Source of the DNA: Pseudothioglobus sp. nBUS_23
GTDB taxonomy: Bacteria > Pseudomonadota > Gammaproteobacteria > PS1 > Pseudothioglobaceae
Length of the DNA: 32,000 nucleotides
Reading direction: 5' to 3'
Assembly: GCF_051201565.1 (NCBI RefSeq)
Contig: NZ_CP179200.1
Span: 60,001-92,000, forward strand
How positions within the stretch are numbered: position 1 is the stretch's first letter; each line of letters starts with the position of its first letter. Made by a program: the position numbers and the translations under genes. The notes beneath the pieces were generated by a model. It searched no databases, was not told the DNA's origin, and saw only the letters and a list, made by a program, of their open reading frames with translations. Shown here in pieces: positions 23,082 through 30,805 of this stretch.

Positions 23082-25169
23082 ATGAAAAAACTATTCCTAC
23101 TTTTAATTCTATCCTTTTTCTCAGCTCAAAGTTATGCTGGGTCGTGCCCAGATGGCAGTGAGCCAGTCAAGAGTATTTCTGCGGATGGTACTTACTTTGT
23201 ATTTAACTGCGGCGGTGCTAATGAAGCACCTTCTTCTAATGCTAATTCATCTAATACCAAGTCAAACTCGAATCAAGCCTATCAATCTTTTCCAGTGCAT
23301 GAATTTGCAAAATCCCCACTTCGTGATTTGAAGGTTCCTGAAAACTGGAAACTATTCAAAGACCCCAGTGAGTTAGATCTTTTTCATGAGCGATTCAAAG
23401 GCCCAGTTCATGAAAATCAACCTATTAATTCGTGGAAGATGCAAAATTATGTGGATGATTGTGAACGCGGTATTTCTGAATTTGATCAAAACTTTCGTTT
23501 GCTTGAAGAGAATTTGGCCAGAAGTTTTATAAGATGCGCAAGAGTATTCACTCTTCGTCATTTTCGAGATCGAGCTGAAGGTATAAAGACCTTTGAAAGA
23601 ATACTTCTGTCCTGGGCAAAAACAAAGCCCGTCATCTATGCAGCAAACTCAAATGATGAAAATATATTTGGTAGTCAGGCGTATGCAGCGTCTATGCTTA
23701 TGGGAGATTTTGCATCTTTTTACGCTGTTTATTATGATGATTTTGATTTCACTCAAGAGCAGCGCCAATCTGTAGAGGAATACTTAAGTGATTGGCTAAT
23801 CAATCATGATCTTACCCTTCCTGGATTCCCAATCTGTAACCTCAAGGATATAAAGCAATTCGAAGTTGGTGGTGCCAATACAACTAGAGCTGCAAACTAT
23901 TGCGGAAGTAACCGCTGGCGTATGGGAATAGGTGCTGTCTATCTCGGTCTTAGAACGGGTAACCAAGAGCTATTTACAGCAGGTAATAGGCATATTGAAA
24001 TAAATTTAGCTACAATTGATAAAGATGGTATTAATGCAGTTTGGGCTGGAAAAGGAGTCTTGGCTCTGAGCTATTTAAGACAATTTCCAGAGGTCCTAAC
24101 GCTGCTTGCAGTGGCCTACGAATCGATCGGCTATGACTTTTATGAACACCAATTGCCTCGTGGAAAAAAAATTCATGAGGTCTATGAGGCATTATTTGAT
24201 TTTATTTATCATCCTGAGAAACTGAATAAGTATGCACATGGAACTCGTTACTATGGAGGCAAGGGAAATCCAGGGGTTATTGACGTCTATGAATTCGATA
24301 AACTTCCATTAAGTGAAAAATGGAACCGTGAAATGATTTCCCCAGAAATACTAGCAGCCGAGTCCAAGGGTTATGTTATTCGATATCGTCCTGATTTAAT
24401 GGACAAGATTGAATACAAAAAAACATGGGGGTATAACCCCAATAAGCAAGCAGAATGGAAATGGGGTGAGTATGAGCACTGGCAGGAACATGTTTCAAGA
24501 TTTGTTAATATTTCAGGTTTAGCAATTTATGAGGCGTTTAATCAAAATGTTTCAAAGTTAATCATCGAGGAACAAAAAAAATTAGAACAAGATCAAGAAA
24601 AAAACAGGCTTCGATTAAAGAACAATGCTGAATCATTAAAGGTTAAAAAGTCTCAAGAGCAAGAACAGCTTTTAGCAGAAATTCCAATTTATGATATGAA
24701 TGATGAGACTCTAATTTTAAATCTTGACCTAGCTGAATTTGTCGAAATAAGTCCGCCAAAAAAACAAAACAAAAATTCTGGATTGGAGACACACAAAGCA
24801 GAAATAAGTTGCGAGTTAAGTATGGGCAGTTTTCAAGTTCCTGAGTTTAGGCCATTGGCTTTTAAATATGTTTTATATAATGAGAATAGATTATCAATCA
24901 ATGTCGGTGATTTGAATGCGCCTGAGTTTAACCCGTTCAAAAGACATCGAGCCTCTCTTCAAAAGGAATGTGGCCTTGAGTTAATGAATGAATATGACTG
25001 GATGAGTTTTGTCAGCGAAACGACCAATATGAAGAGTGCTAAAAACCAACAATGTCATTATGATTATTTCAAGGATGCAAATGACGAAGAGGCTTGGAAG
25101 TTGTTTCAGGCTGTCTTAGGTGGGACGGCTTCTATACTGAATTATCTAGAAGAAAATGTTGAGCGATGA
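23082..25169 (+). CDS. Secreted protein: N-tag + Ser/Asn-rich linker + all-alpha AlgL/alginate-lyase-like core + coiled coil + C-terminal module 2 (array gene C)
   Basis: The start is moved to MKKLFLLLILSFFSAQSYAGSCPDGSEPVKSISADGTYFVFNC. The core motifs (YCGSNRWRMGIGAVYLGL...DKDGINAVWAGKGVLALSYLRQFPEVL) are spaced as in the PL5-type NNHSYW...R..RAL.YHNYALP. The catalytic-site equivalents are not all conserved. Confidence 0.6.
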   Translation: MKKLFLLLILSFFSAQSYAGSCPDGSEPVKSISADGTYFVFNCGGANEAPSSNANSSNTKSNSNQAYQSFPVHEFAKSPLRDLKVPENWKLFKDPSELDLFHERFKGPVHENQPINSWKMQNYVDDCERGISEFDQNFRLLEENLARSFIRCARVFTLRHFRDRAEGIKTFERILLSWAKTKPVIYAANSNDENIFGSQAYAASMLMGDFASFYAVYYDDFDFTQEQRQSVEEYLSDWLINHDLTLPGFPICNLKDIKQFEVGGANTTRAANYCGSNRWRMGIGAVYLGLRTGNQELFTAGNRHIEINLATIDKDGINAVWAGKGVLALSYLRQFPEVLTLLAVAYESIGYDFYEHQLPRGKKIHEVYEALFDFIYHPEKLNKYAHGTRYYGGKGNPGVIDVYEFDKLPLSEKWNREMISPEILAAESKGYVIRYRPDLMDKIEYKKTWGYNPNKQAEWKWGEYEHWQEHVSRFVNISGLAIYEAFNQNVSKLIIEEQKKLEQDQEKNRLRLKNNAESLKVKKSQEQEQLLAEIPIYDMNDETLILNLDLAEFVEISPPKKQNKNSGLETHKAEISCELSMGSFQVPEFRPLAFKYVLYNENRLSINVGDLNAPEFNPFKRHRASLQKECGLELMNEYDWMSFVSETTNMKSAKNQQCHYDYFKDANDEEAWKLFQAVLGGTASILNYLEENVER

Positions 25170-25200
25170 CTTGCTAGCTAGCATAGCTTCTCATTAAATC

Positions 25201-25255
25201 TATAAACCCTCCCTCACACATCAAACGAAATTTGGATTTCTATTTGAGCTATAAT
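25201..25255 (+). repeat. Intergenic cassette copy 6, short variant lacking the GC core, ending in TATAAT (25250-25255)
   Basis: tataaaccctccctcacacatcaaacgaaatttggatttctatttgagcTATAAT. Confidence 0.85.
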
Positions 25256-25289
25256 TAAATTTTTATCTACCAATCCTCCTTTTTGTCTA

Positions 25290-27236
25290 ATGAAAAAAAT
25301 ATTATTTATTTTTGTGCTGTCTTTGTATTCAATTCAAGGATTTGCTTCAAATACTTATGACTCTTTTCCAGTTCATGAGTTTGCAAAATCTCCACTTCGT
25401 GATTTAAAAGTAACTGAAAACTGGGAACTATTCAAAGACCCCAGTGAGTTAGATCTTCTTCATGAGAGATTCAAAGGTCCAGTTCACGAAAAATACTCTA
25501 TTGGGTGGTGGAATATGCACCCTTATGTAGATGATTGTGAACGAGCAATTTCTGAATGGGATAAAAGCTGGCTTTCTCATAAAGGTCAGGGGCTTTCAAA
25601 TGGAATTCAATCAAGCTTTATCAGGTGTGCTACTTTTTTTACGCACCAGCATTTCCGTAATCGTGATGAGGGGATTAAGGTATTTGAGAGAATCCTTTTG
25701 TCTTGGGCTAAAAATGAGCCAGTTGCTTATCCTACTTCTAATAATTTAAAGATGTGGGAACACGGCGCTTTAGGATATGCTTCTACCATGCTTGTTGGTG
25801 ATTTTGCATCGTTCTATGCTGTCTATTATGATGATTTTGATTTTACGCAAGATCAGCGTCAAGCAGTTGAGAGCTATCTGAGTGATTGGCTCATAAACCA
25901 TGATATTGATCCACCTAGAATGTATCAAAGATGTGACCTTGAAGATCTGACAAAGTTTGAATTTATAGGGAATAATTTTATGTCTATAGATTACTGCGGC
26001 AGTAATAGGTGGCGTTTAGCTCTAGGGGCAGTCTACCTTGGACTAAAGACTGGCAATCAAAAACTTTTTACTGCCGGAAATCGCCACCTTGAAATAGCCT
26101 TAGCAGTAATTGATAAAGATGGCATTTACGCCCCTTGGGCTAGAAAAGGCGCACTGGCTCTGAGTTATCAAAGGCAGTTACCAGAAGTATTAACCCTACT
26201 AGCAGTTGCATATGAATCTATTGGCTATGATTTTTATGAACATCAACTTCCTCATGGGAAAAAAATTCATGAGGTCTATGACGCTTTCTTTGATTTCATT
26301 TATCATCCTGAAAAGCTCAATAAATATGCTTTTGGAATCCCAGACTATGGGGATTTAGATGTTCACGAATTTGATAAGTTGCCACTTGAAGAAAAGTGGC
26401 ATCGTGAGTATATTAACCCTAAAGTATTGGCGGCGCAATCAAAAGGGTATGTCCTAAGGTATCGTCCTGATTTAATGAGTATGATCGACTACTCTAAAAA
26501 ATGGGGCAAGTTTTGGGACAATTATATATCGGTTTTTGTTAATATCAGTGGTGTAGCAGTATATGAGGCATTTAATCAAAATGTTAGTAATTTTCTCCAA
26601 GAACAGGATGAAAAACTGAAAGAGAAACAAGAAGAAAATAGGCTTCGATTAAAGAAAAATGCGGAAGCAATAAAGGCTAAAAAAGATCAAGAGCAAGAAC
26701 AACTAGAGACTAAAAAAGCTCAAGAGCAAGAACAACTTTTAGCAGAAATTCCAATTTATGACATGAATGATGAAGCCCTAATTTTAAACCTTGACCAAGC
26801 TGAATTTTTCGAAATAAGTCCGCCTAACCAACAAAATAAAAATGTTGGGTGGGAGACACACAAGGCAGAAATTTATGGTGAATTGAGACTTGAGAATTTT
26901 CACATTCCTAAATTTAGACCGCTGGCTTTTAAATTCGATGTCCTTAATGAGAGTAGATTGTCAATTAATGTAGGTGAACTCAATGCGCCTGAATTTAGAC
27001 CTTTTACAAGACATCAGGCTTCCCTTCAAAAGGAGTGTGGACTGGGACTAATGAACGAATATGATTGGATGAGTTTTGTCAGCGAAACGACCAATATGAA
27101 GAGTGCTAAAAACCAACAATGTCATTATGATTATTTCAAAGAAGCAAATGATGAAGAAGCTTGGAAATTATTCCAGGCTGTCCTAGGTGGTACGGATTCT
27201 ACACTGAATTATCTAGAAGAAAATGTTGAGCGATGA
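25290..27236 (+). CDS. Paralogue of gene C lacking the Cys-loop tag (array gene D)
   Basis: MKKILFIFVLSLYSIQGFASNTYDSFPVHEFAKSPLRDLKV. It is collinear with gene C from SFPVHEF onward. The leader nucleotides are nearly identical to those of gene A. Confidence 0.6.
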   Translation: MKKILFIFVLSLYSIQGFASNTYDSFPVHEFAKSPLRDLKVTENWELFKDPSELDLLHERFKGPVHEKYSIGWWNMHPYVDDCERAISEWDKSWLSHKGQGLSNGIQSSFIRCATFFTHQHFRNRDEGIKVFERILLSWAKNEPVAYPTSNNLKMWEHGALGYASTMLVGDFASFYAVYYDDFDFTQDQRQAVESYLSDWLINHDIDPPRMYQRCDLEDLTKFEFIGNNFMSIDYCGSNRWRLALGAVYLGLKTGNQKLFTAGNRHLEIALAVIDKDGIYAPWARKGALALSYQRQLPEVLTLLAVAYESIGYDFYEHQLPHGKKIHEVYDAFFDFIYHPEKLNKYAFGIPDYGDLDVHEFDKLPLEEKWHREYINPKVLAAQSKGYVLRYRPDLMSMIDYSKKWGKFWDNYISVFVNISGVAVYEAFNQNVSNFLQEQDEKLKEKQEENRLRLKKNAEAIKAKKDQEQEQLETKKAQEQEQLLAEIPIYDMNDEALILNLDQAEFFEISPPNQQNKNVGWETHKAEIYGELRLENFHIPKFRPLAFKFDVLNESRLSINVGELNAPEFRPFTRHQASLQKECGLGLMNEYDWMSFVSETTNMKSAKNQQCHYDYFKEANDEEAWKLFQAVLGGTDSTLNYLEENVER

Positions 27237-27248
27237 CTTGTTAGCTAG

Positions 27249-27320
27249 CATATCTATTCATTAAATTTATACACCCTCCATCACACATCAAACGAAATTT
27301 GGACTTTAGTCCAAGTTGAC
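27249..27320 (+). repeat. Intergenic cassette copy 7, short variant, TTGGACTTTAGTCCAA-GTTGACA subtype
   Basis: gcatatctattcattaaatttatacaccctccatcacacatcaaacgaaatttggactttagtccaagttgac. Confidence 0.85.
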
Positions 27321-27388
27321 ATATATCTGATTATTTGAATTTAACCATGGTATTCTGAACCTAATCCAATTTGAACCTTAATACTTTT

Positions 27389-28789
27389 ATGAAGAACCTA
27401 CTTCTGATTTTAGTTTTTTCACTTTTATCAATACAGAGTTTTGCTGGCGGATGTCCAGATGGAAGTGAGCCAGTTAAGAGTATTTCTGCTGACGGTACTT
27501 ACTTTGTATACAACTGTAGCGCGGGTAATGAAAAAGCGTCCTCATCAACTGCTAAAAGCCTTAAGTTTGAGCTAGATACAACAAATGGCAAGCTTGAGGA
27601 CTATTCTTATATAACTGACCCAACAGGAAAGTTTAACAAAGTTCATAAATTTACTACCGGAAGTGAATGTGGGTCAAAAACAAGAGATATTGATTGGGAT
27701 AATATGGTAGGTGAAATGGAAACCAGTGACTGTGGAGAAAATTCAGTAAGGTCGCAAATGGTTGAACAAGTGTGGGAAGATAATCGACCAGGAGATATTC
27801 AGCCAAATCAGCAGTGGTATAGCTGGGATGTATACTTACCAAATGATTTTCCTATACAAGATAGTGGTAAATTATTGCTTGGAGAGTTTCATAATAGTGA
27901 ATGTCCACATATAGCATTTACAAGTCAAGGAGGAGAAGACAATGGAGTTTTACATTTCACAACACAGAAACTATGGGATGGAGATTGTGCAGATTATGGT
28001 GAGGATACATCTAAGATACCAATAACACAAATCCAAGACATGCGAGGCAAGTGGACAAATTTTCATTTAGAAATGAAGTGGGAGAATAATGAAACTGGCT
28101 TGGCAAATCTTTGGCTAAATGGTAAACAAGTCTTAGCCTATAAAGGCAGAACTTTAACATTGCAAAAAGAAAATCTAAATTTTATGCTTTTCGGTCTTTA
28201 CCAATGCTGTAATGATAGAGATAAAGTTATAAAACCAGCTATGGCTTACTTCACAACTCCAAAGACCTCAATGAATCCAATTACACCTGTAGAGGTTACT
28301 CTTGATAATACAAAAACTTCAAGCTCTTTTAAAGTGAAGTCTAAGGCTGTAAAACCTCTCGAGCCTATTAAAAAAGTTGGTGAGGCAGCTAATAACTTCG
28401 ATGGGTCTTATGCACTCATAATAAGAACTGAACCGACAGATGGACAAAAAAATATTGGCACCGCACAATTTATAATTAAAGATGGGAAGATTAGTATTGC
28501 TAGAAAATACCGATATCTCAGTACGAGTGCAATCAGTAGTTATGATACTTTTGAAGGCGTAATTGATAAAGAAGGAAACATAAAAGCTTCAATTGAGCTC
28601 AATCCAATAATGGATATGGTAGAGCCTAAGACTATTAAGTTCTCGGGAAGTATGGACTCACTTCAGTTGAGAGGAAAGTTTGAGGATATTAAGTCTTGGG
28701 ATAACAATACTAAAGAGTATGTCCTTGATGAAAATTTTTATCCATCTTTTTTTGATGTGATTATCGACTTCAAAAAAGAAAATTATTAA
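27389..28789 (+). CDS. Secreted protein: N-tag + concanavalin-type jelly-roll polysaccharide-lyase-like domain (PL7 / PF14099-like) + unknown C-terminal domain (array gene E)
   Basis: The start is moved to MKNLLLILVFSLLSIQSFAGGCPDGSEPVKSISADGTYFVYNC. VRSQMVE, LLLGEFHNS, WTNFHLEMKW...LWLNGKQV and FMLFGLYQ recall the RSELRE / QIH / YFKAGxYxQ blocks of jelly-roll lyases. Confidence 0.55.
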   Translation: MKNLLLILVFSLLSIQSFAGGCPDGSEPVKSISADGTYFVYNCSAGNEKASSSTAKSLKFELDTTNGKLEDYSYITDPTGKFNKVHKFTTGSECGSKTRDIDWDNMVGEMETSDCGENSVRSQMVEQVWEDNRPGDIQPNQQWYSWDVYLPNDFPIQDSGKLLLGEFHNSECPHIAFTSQGGEDNGVLHFTTQKLWDGDCADYGEDTSKIPITQIQDMRGKWTNFHLEMKWENNETGLANLWLNGKQVLAYKGRTLTLQKENLNFMLFGLYQCCNDRDKVIKPAMAYFTTPKTSMNPITPVEVTLDNTKTSSSFKVKSKAVKPLEPIKKVGEAANNFDGSYALIIRTEPTDGQKNIGTAQFIIKDGKISIARKYRYLSTSAISSYDTFEGVIDKEGNIKASIELNPIMDMVEPKTIKFSGSMDSLQLRGKFEDIKSWDNNTKEYVLDENFYPSFFDVIIDFKKENY

Positions 28790-28826
28790 ACTTTTATTAG
28801 CATTTTTAGATAAGTTCAACAAGCCC

Positions 28827-30650
28827 ATGCGAAAGCTTCTAATACCGCTACTTTTAATTCTATCCTTTTTCTCAGCTCAAGGTTTTGCGGGGTCTTGTCC
28901 TGATGGTAGTGAACCAGCCAAGAGTATTTCTGCTGATGGCACTTATTTTGTATACAACTGTGGTGGTTCAAACACGGCAAACAGCAGTACTTCCTCACAA
29001 AAAGTAGCCAAGGCACTTGCTGGTATTAATATTGAAAATGACCCAAATTTAGATTTTTTCAGTTTGCCATTAGGTCTATACCCAACAAATAAAACGTTGC
29101 ATGGATCTGAGGGAAGAATTGCTGATTTTAATAATGATGGTTTATCCGATGTTATTTATATAGGAATGATGGATATGAATGCTTCTCCCTCATGTACTTA
29201 TTCAGATTGCAGTTATAGTCAAATAGATGATAATGATAAACCGCTACCGGCACTTTATTTGGGTAATGCTGATGGTAAATTACACTACTCGCCTGAGCTT
29301 TTTATAGATAATCGATCCAATAAAGGAATGTCGCTTGGAAGAAGACTTCTAATCGCGGACTTCAATAATGATAAATTGTTAGATATTTATATCAATGATA
29401 CTTCAGTTAGTGGGCCAGAAAAATGGGGGTATCGAGATAGCTATTTTTTAAGTCAGCCTAACGGAACTTGGCTTGAATCTAGTAAAACACATCTAAGTCA
29501 GCCTAACTTTAGGGTTTATGATCATGGCGGAGCAACGGGCGATATTGATAATGATGGAGATATGGATATTGTGATAACTGAATTGCATCCTCAATTCAAT
29601 AATGGGTTTTACTGTCTGATGAATAATGGAAGTGGGTTTTTGAAAATGCGCAAATGTGGCGGCACAAGTTCTGCGTCATCTGTTGAGCTATCTGATATCG
29701 ATAATGATGGCGACTTGGATGCAATAGTTGGTGGCATGAATAGAAACCAGTTTACAGGCATTGTTTGGAATGATGGTTCAGGAAATTTTCTATCTTATAT
29801 GGCGAGCCCTCTTAATGATCACAATGATGTATTTCATGGAATTCCTGATGTTACAGCTTCAGATTTAGATAATGATGGAGATATGGATATTGTGTTTAGT
29901 AAAGTGGGAACACAAATCTTCAACTCCAAGGCAGACTATAAAGGCTCTGCAATTCAATTTATAGAAAACTTAGGTAGTAAAAAGTTTAGAGAGTATGATC
30001 CAATCCCAATAGTTAAAGATTCAAGAATTGGTTGGATTAAGAATATTCTATTTAGAGATTTAGATAATGATGGGGACATAGATTTATATCTAAACTCCAT
30101 GGATCAAAGCACTAATGGTTCAGTTTTTGTAAATAATGGCGACTTTAACTTTTCATTAATAATGCCACCTGAGGCATACAAGTTATATGGGTCGCTAGCG
30201 CAAAATGGCATAATTGAGTCTCTCGTAGATAGAGAAGAAAAAGTAAGTCAGCTTGCTGAACTTAAAAAGAAACAAGAAGAGGAAAAAGCTAAAAGGCTTG
30301 CCAAGGATAGGGAAAATAAAAAAAATAATTTTAAATATTCGTCACGAAACTTTAAATCTCAGTTAAAACTATTACAGACTCAAGGTAATTTAGCGGTTTG
30401 TAAAGCTATTTTAAAAGAGTTCCATGCTGGTGATTACTACAGCCAAACTAATAAAGAAACTTATTTATTTATCTCCATTGATAGTAATGGCTTGGATTGT
30501 CATTATGAATGGTCTAGAAATGAAAACAATGCCCTTAGACGATGTAAGCAAAATAATAAAACAGATGGTAAATGCACAATCTATGCCCTAGGTGATAACA
30601 TTGTTTGGGGTGATCCTGAGCTTTATAAGGAATTAACTGGAAGAAAATAG
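28827..30650 (+). CDS. Secreted FG-GAP/VCBS beta-propeller protein with N-tag and C-terminal four-Cys module (array gene F)
   Basis: MRKLLIPLLLILSFFSAQGFAGSCPDGSEPAKSISADGTYFVYNC. Six blades of the type DFNNDGLSDV ... DLDNDGDIDL. It lies only 37 nt after gene E with no cassette between, so the two are probably co-transcribed. Confidence 0.75.
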   Translation: MRKLLIPLLLILSFFSAQGFAGSCPDGSEPAKSISADGTYFVYNCGGSNTANSSTSSQKVAKALAGINIENDPNLDFFSLPLGLYPTNKTLHGSEGRIADFNNDGLSDVIYIGMMDMNASPSCTYSDCSYSQIDDNDKPLPALYLGNADGKLHYSPELFIDNRSNKGMSLGRRLLIADFNNDKLLDIYINDTSVSGPEKWGYRDSYFLSQPNGTWLESSKTHLSQPNFRVYDHGGATGDIDNDGDMDIVITELHPQFNNGFYCLMNNGSGFLKMRKCGGTSSASSVELSDIDNDGDLDAIVGGMNRNQFTGIVWNDGSGNFLSYMASPLNDHNDVFHGIPDVTASDLDNDGDMDIVFSKVGTQIFNSKADYKGSAIQFIENLGSKKFREYDPIPIVKDSRIGWIKNILFRDLDNDGDIDLYLNSMDQSTNGSVFVNNGDFNFSLIMPPEAYKLYGSLAQNGIIESLVDREEKVSQLAELKKKQEEEKAKRLAKDRENKKNNFKYSSRNFKSQLKLLQTQGNLAVCKAILKEFHAGDYYSQTNKETYLFISIDSNGLDCHYEWSRNENNALRRCKQNNKTDGKCTIYALGDNIVWGDPELYKELTGRK

Positions 30651-30653
30651 GTG

Positions 30654-30776
30654 CCATCCTTCGCATATATATACTGACTTTGAAGGTACGGGGGAGCCCC
30701 TCTTGGCCTTTCGGATATATGTATACACCCTCCCTCACACATCAAACGAAATTTGGAATTCTATTTGAGCTATAAT
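30654..30776 (+). repeat. Intergenic cassette copy 8, ending in TATAAT (30771-30776)
   Basis: ccatccttcgcatatatatactgactttgaaggtacGGGGGagcccctcttggcctttcggatatatgtatacaccctccctcacacatcaaacgaaatttggaattctatttgagcTATAAT. Confidence 0.9.
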
Positions 30777-30805
30777 TTAACTTTCTATTTATCTCATTCT
30801 GCTTA

